In this document: piece after piece, positions 21,854-24,000 of the stretch
Layout: the number at the start of each line of letters is the position of its first letter
Numbering within the stretch: the stretch's first letter is position 1
Assembly: GCF_018336915.1 (NCBI RefSeq)
Contig: NZ_CP064923.1
Coordinates: forward strand, 3,832,388-3,856,387
Length of the DNA: 24,000 nucleotides
Origin: Acaryochloris marina S15
GTDB lineage: Bacteria; Cyanobacteriota; Cyanobacteriia; Thermosynechococcales; Thermosynechococcaceae
Reading direction: 5' to 3'
Translations under genes and position numbers: made by a program
Notes under the pieces: model-generated
What the model was told of the DNA's origin: nothing
Database searches by the model: none
Seen by the model: the letters and a program-made list of their open reading frames with translations, nothing else

Positions 21854-24000
21854 ATGGTCCCAAAATTCCTTCAATTTATTCGTAACCACTACCGATGGAT
21901 CTTCCTCAGTCTGATCACTGTCACTCTATGTCTTTGCTGGGGCTTACTCGATTCGGTAAGGGGCCAACTCAAGCCTCTTCGAACAGAGGCAGCTCCTTCC
22001 TCAACTCTTCAAATCTCGACTACAGACTTAGATCCCTATCGCCCAGTCGGCGAGTGGGTGGGACGGCTGATTCTACCGCCACAATCGGCGGATGACACAG
22101 ATTGGGTCTGGTTTGAGGTTCACCATAGTCCCAATTCCGAGTTTGCCGGTCAAACAGTGCGATTGCAATGGCAGGATAATCCAGATGTCCAAGCCCGGAT
22201 CAAACGGGTACAGCAGGATATCACACTCTCGGCAGAGGCTCACCAAAGCCTAAAGCAAGGCAATATTCACCCAAAGCGATTAGATGGACGACGACAGGTT
22301 GGACCGCTACAGTCCCTAGCAGGAGCAAGACCCACAGATGACCTACTCGTCAGATTGAAAGAGGTCCAAGTCGTCCCTGGCCCTCTTCCTCACCTCGACA
22401 TTGCCGAAGATCCCGTACAGGTCGCTGGATTTAACTATGGACTCGTCAAAATCCTCGGTCCAGTCCCAACCTCTCAATCGGTTCCCAATCAATGCCCTGG
22501 CCCATCTCCTTGCCCCAGTGAATTGACTCAGGTTCGTCACTACAACCCCACCACTCAACGGTTTAATGGCCCAGAAGAAATCGTTCACATTCGTCAGGAT
22601 CAGCCCAATTCAGCCGGTGTCTTTCAGTCCACTCCCAGGAAGTTAGCAGCATCCCCAGCCGGAAAAGCAGGCTGGTATATCTATGGCTCGCAGAATATGG
22701 AGGGGATATTTGAGGTCAATGGGATCGCACCTCGTTCTCTGTTCCAACTCCAGCCCGATCACCACTTCTCTAGCACTGGCGCCGGACTACACTACTTCAA
22801 ACGCAAAGTTTGGCAACAAACGGCTCAACATAAGGGCAAACTCCAACGAGCCATGGTTGATAACCAGCAACGTCAACAACAAGCAGTCTTAGATCAGTGG
22901 CAGGAAGGAGATCAATCCCTAGTCGTACATCTCTTTGGCGGGATTGGTGGTAACAAAGCTGAACCCCAGGCGGTTATCGGTACTATCACGGGTCATTTTG
23001 GATATGGTATCGCGACTGTGATCAACGATCCCTTTACCGGGGAACGACAGTTTGATATTGAGTACCAACAGGTGTACGCCCACAACCCTGAGGGAATTGT
23101 AGCCGGACCCACCCATTGGTCAGAATATATGGGCCATCTCAACCGAGGATGGTTGGGGAGTCGGCCAGTATTGGACGTACTGGTCAAGTCTGAGGCCCTG
23201 ACGCAGCCCTATGACTTTGGCGAGATTGTTCTAGATCCCTTAACTGAGCTAAAAACTCAGCTCCAACTTATGGCGGCACGCTATCGAATGGGTGATGGCA
23301 CAGGGTCTGCTTTGGTCACCCCGGCTAAGTCCTGTGTCCAAGATTCCAGCCAAGCAGTTTACCAAACCATTCGGCGAATCCAATATCAGGTGCAGATGTC
23401 TCCAGCCATTCAAACTTGGTTGGCAGATCACCCACAAGCTCCTCAAACGCTTCGGTTCCAAGAATTAAAGACTTTAGGGAATGCCCTGGAGAAAGAGCTG
23501 GTTCCGCTAGGGATTGTCCGCAGGGATTGGCAACAAAATGCCCAGGTTGCAGCAGGTATCGCTTTACCAGGAACATTTCGCCACTCAGACGATTTCTTAA
23601 CTCAAATTCTCAGCTGGCGAACGCTGATTCCTCGGGTGGCCCAAGATCAAATTATTCGTATTTTCCTCAAGCAAGGCACCCCGCTGTGGTTTCTCAACAC
23701 CAATCAAGTGGGAGGTTGGGATGCAGATATCAGCCCCCTAGCCCCCACAGAATTATTTGGGAAGTGGCCGATCGTTTCCTTTTCCTTCTCTCGACTAGTG
23801 GAAGGGACCACAACGTTCCCGACTCCAATGGGATGGCTCGTCTCAGGGTTGGTTTTAGGAGGATATGGTCTCTTTGCTGTAGCTTGGGGCAGAAAGGTCG
23901 GGTTTCTGGCCCCACCCAAATTTGCGGTTCATGCCCTATCCGTTCAAGTGAAAATTTGGGTCGGCAGTTTGATCATGCCAGCCCTAGTCGAAGAATTACT
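21854..24000 (+). CDS. Large membrane protein: N-terminal TM anchor, ~640-aa uncharacterised domain, then TM segments entering a probable CPBP protease domain (3' end beyond the window)
   Basis: This ORF is not in the track because it has no stop inside the window. I translated frame 2 from the ATG at 21854 to 24000 (715 codons) and found no stop. The sequence runs MVPKFLQFIRNHYRWIFLSLITVTLCLCWGLL ... GWLVSGLVLGGYGLFAVAW ... VKIWVGSLIMPALVEELL. The final EE in a TM context fits CPBP motif 1 (EExxxR). All listed ORFs in 21895-23919 overlap it in other frames or on the opposite strand. Confidence 0.8.
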   Translation, partial: MVPKFLQFIRNHYRWIFLSLITVTLCLCWGLLDSVRGQLKPLRTEAAPSSTLQISTTDLDPYRPVGEWVGRLILPPQSADDTDWVWFEVHHSPNSEFAGQTVRLQWQDNPDVQARIKRVQQDITLSAEAHQSLKQGNIHPKRLDGRRQVGPLQSLAGARPTDDLLVRLKEVQVVPGPLPHLDIAEDPVQVAGFNYGLVKILGPVPTSQSVPNQCPGPSPCPSELTQVRHYNPTTQRFNGPEEIVHIRQDQPNSAGVFQSTPRKLAASPAGKAGWYIYGSQNMEGIFEVNGIAPRSLFQLQPDHHFSSTGAGLHYFKRKVWQQTAQHKGKLQRAMVDNQQRQQQAVLDQWQEGDQSLVVHLFGGIGGNKAEPQAVIGTITGHFGYGIATVINDPFTGERQFDIEYQQVYAHNPEGIVAGPTHWSEYMGHLNRGWLGSRPVLDVLVKSEALTQPYDFGEIVLDPLTELKTQLQLMAARYRMGDGTGSALVTPAKSCVQDSSQAVYQTIRRIQYQVQMSPAIQTWLADHPQAPQTLRFQELKTLGNALEKELVPLGIVRRDWQQNAQVAAGIALPGTFRHSDDFLTQILSWRTLIPRVAQDQIIRIFLKQGTPLWFLNTNQVGGWDADISPLAPTELFGKWPIVSFSFSRLVEGTTTFPTPMGWLVSGLVLGGYGLFAVAWGRKVGFLAPPKFAVHALSVQVKIWVGSLIMPALVEEL

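Noticed and set aside
21895-23919. Nine track ORFs: 21895..22095 and 22683..22892 on the + strand, and 22343..22588, 22919..23116, 22993..23187, 23249..23461, 23325..23576, 23704..23919 and 23730..23915 on the - strand.
   Set aside because: All lie inside or antisense to the uninterrupted 715-codon frame-2 ORF starting at 21854. Their products are low-complexity or Arg/Pro/Gly-rich, typical of shadow ORFs.
1-24000. Search for CRISPR arrays, rRNA or tRNA genes, retron/DGR-type reverse transcriptases, and known defence-system cores.
   Set aside because: I saw no regularly spaced direct repeats, no rRNA or tRNA signatures, no RT motif (YxDD), and no recognisable defence ATPase/nuclease gene pair. 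The PLD and CPBP genes occur singly or in contexts better explained by envelope or DNA-uptake functions.

Overview
The window looks like a cyanobacterial chromosome segment. It has seven HIP1 octamers (GCGATCGC), two RRM-type Rbp genes and hemL. I support 17 protein-coding genes, one gene remnant and one IS element. I found no rRNA, tRNA or CRISPR array.

Left to right:
- CPBP intramembrane protease (+)
- cytoplasmic two-HKD PLD-family protein (-)
- cNMP-binding/EAL phosphodiesterase (+)
- IS with a DDE transposase (+); its candidate terminal inverted repeat overlaps the last codons of the EAL gene
- two-gene operon: DUF1611 P-loop protein plus a fold-type-III PLP racemase-like enzyme (-)
- about 1 kb of AT-rich non-coding DNA containing a 17-bp perfect stem-loop and a MITE-like pair of 17-bp perfect inverted repeats
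- two convergent RRM RNA-binding protein genes
- a 3' remnant of clpC followed by about 490 bp of non-coding DNA
- an orphan PilX-N/HpsA-like pseudopilin-type protein (-)
- a small secreted protein (+)
- a c-di-GMP operon, GAF-GAF-GGDEF-EAL then HAMP-GGDEF (-)
- hemL (-)
- an operon of a secreted SYLF protein and a PLD(HKD)/EF-hand/ComEA-HhH fusion (-)
- a long + strand ORF that runs off the right edge, so it is missing from the ORF track; it appears to enter a second CPBP domain

No cluster matches a recognised defence or secretion system. The most follow-up-worthy items are the SYLF + PLD/EF-hand/ComEA operon, the DUF1611 + PLP-racemase-like pair, the large CPBP protein with an uncharacterised ~640-aa domain, and the structured 1-kb non-coding region. 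All domain calls rest on motifs read by eye. No database search was possible.
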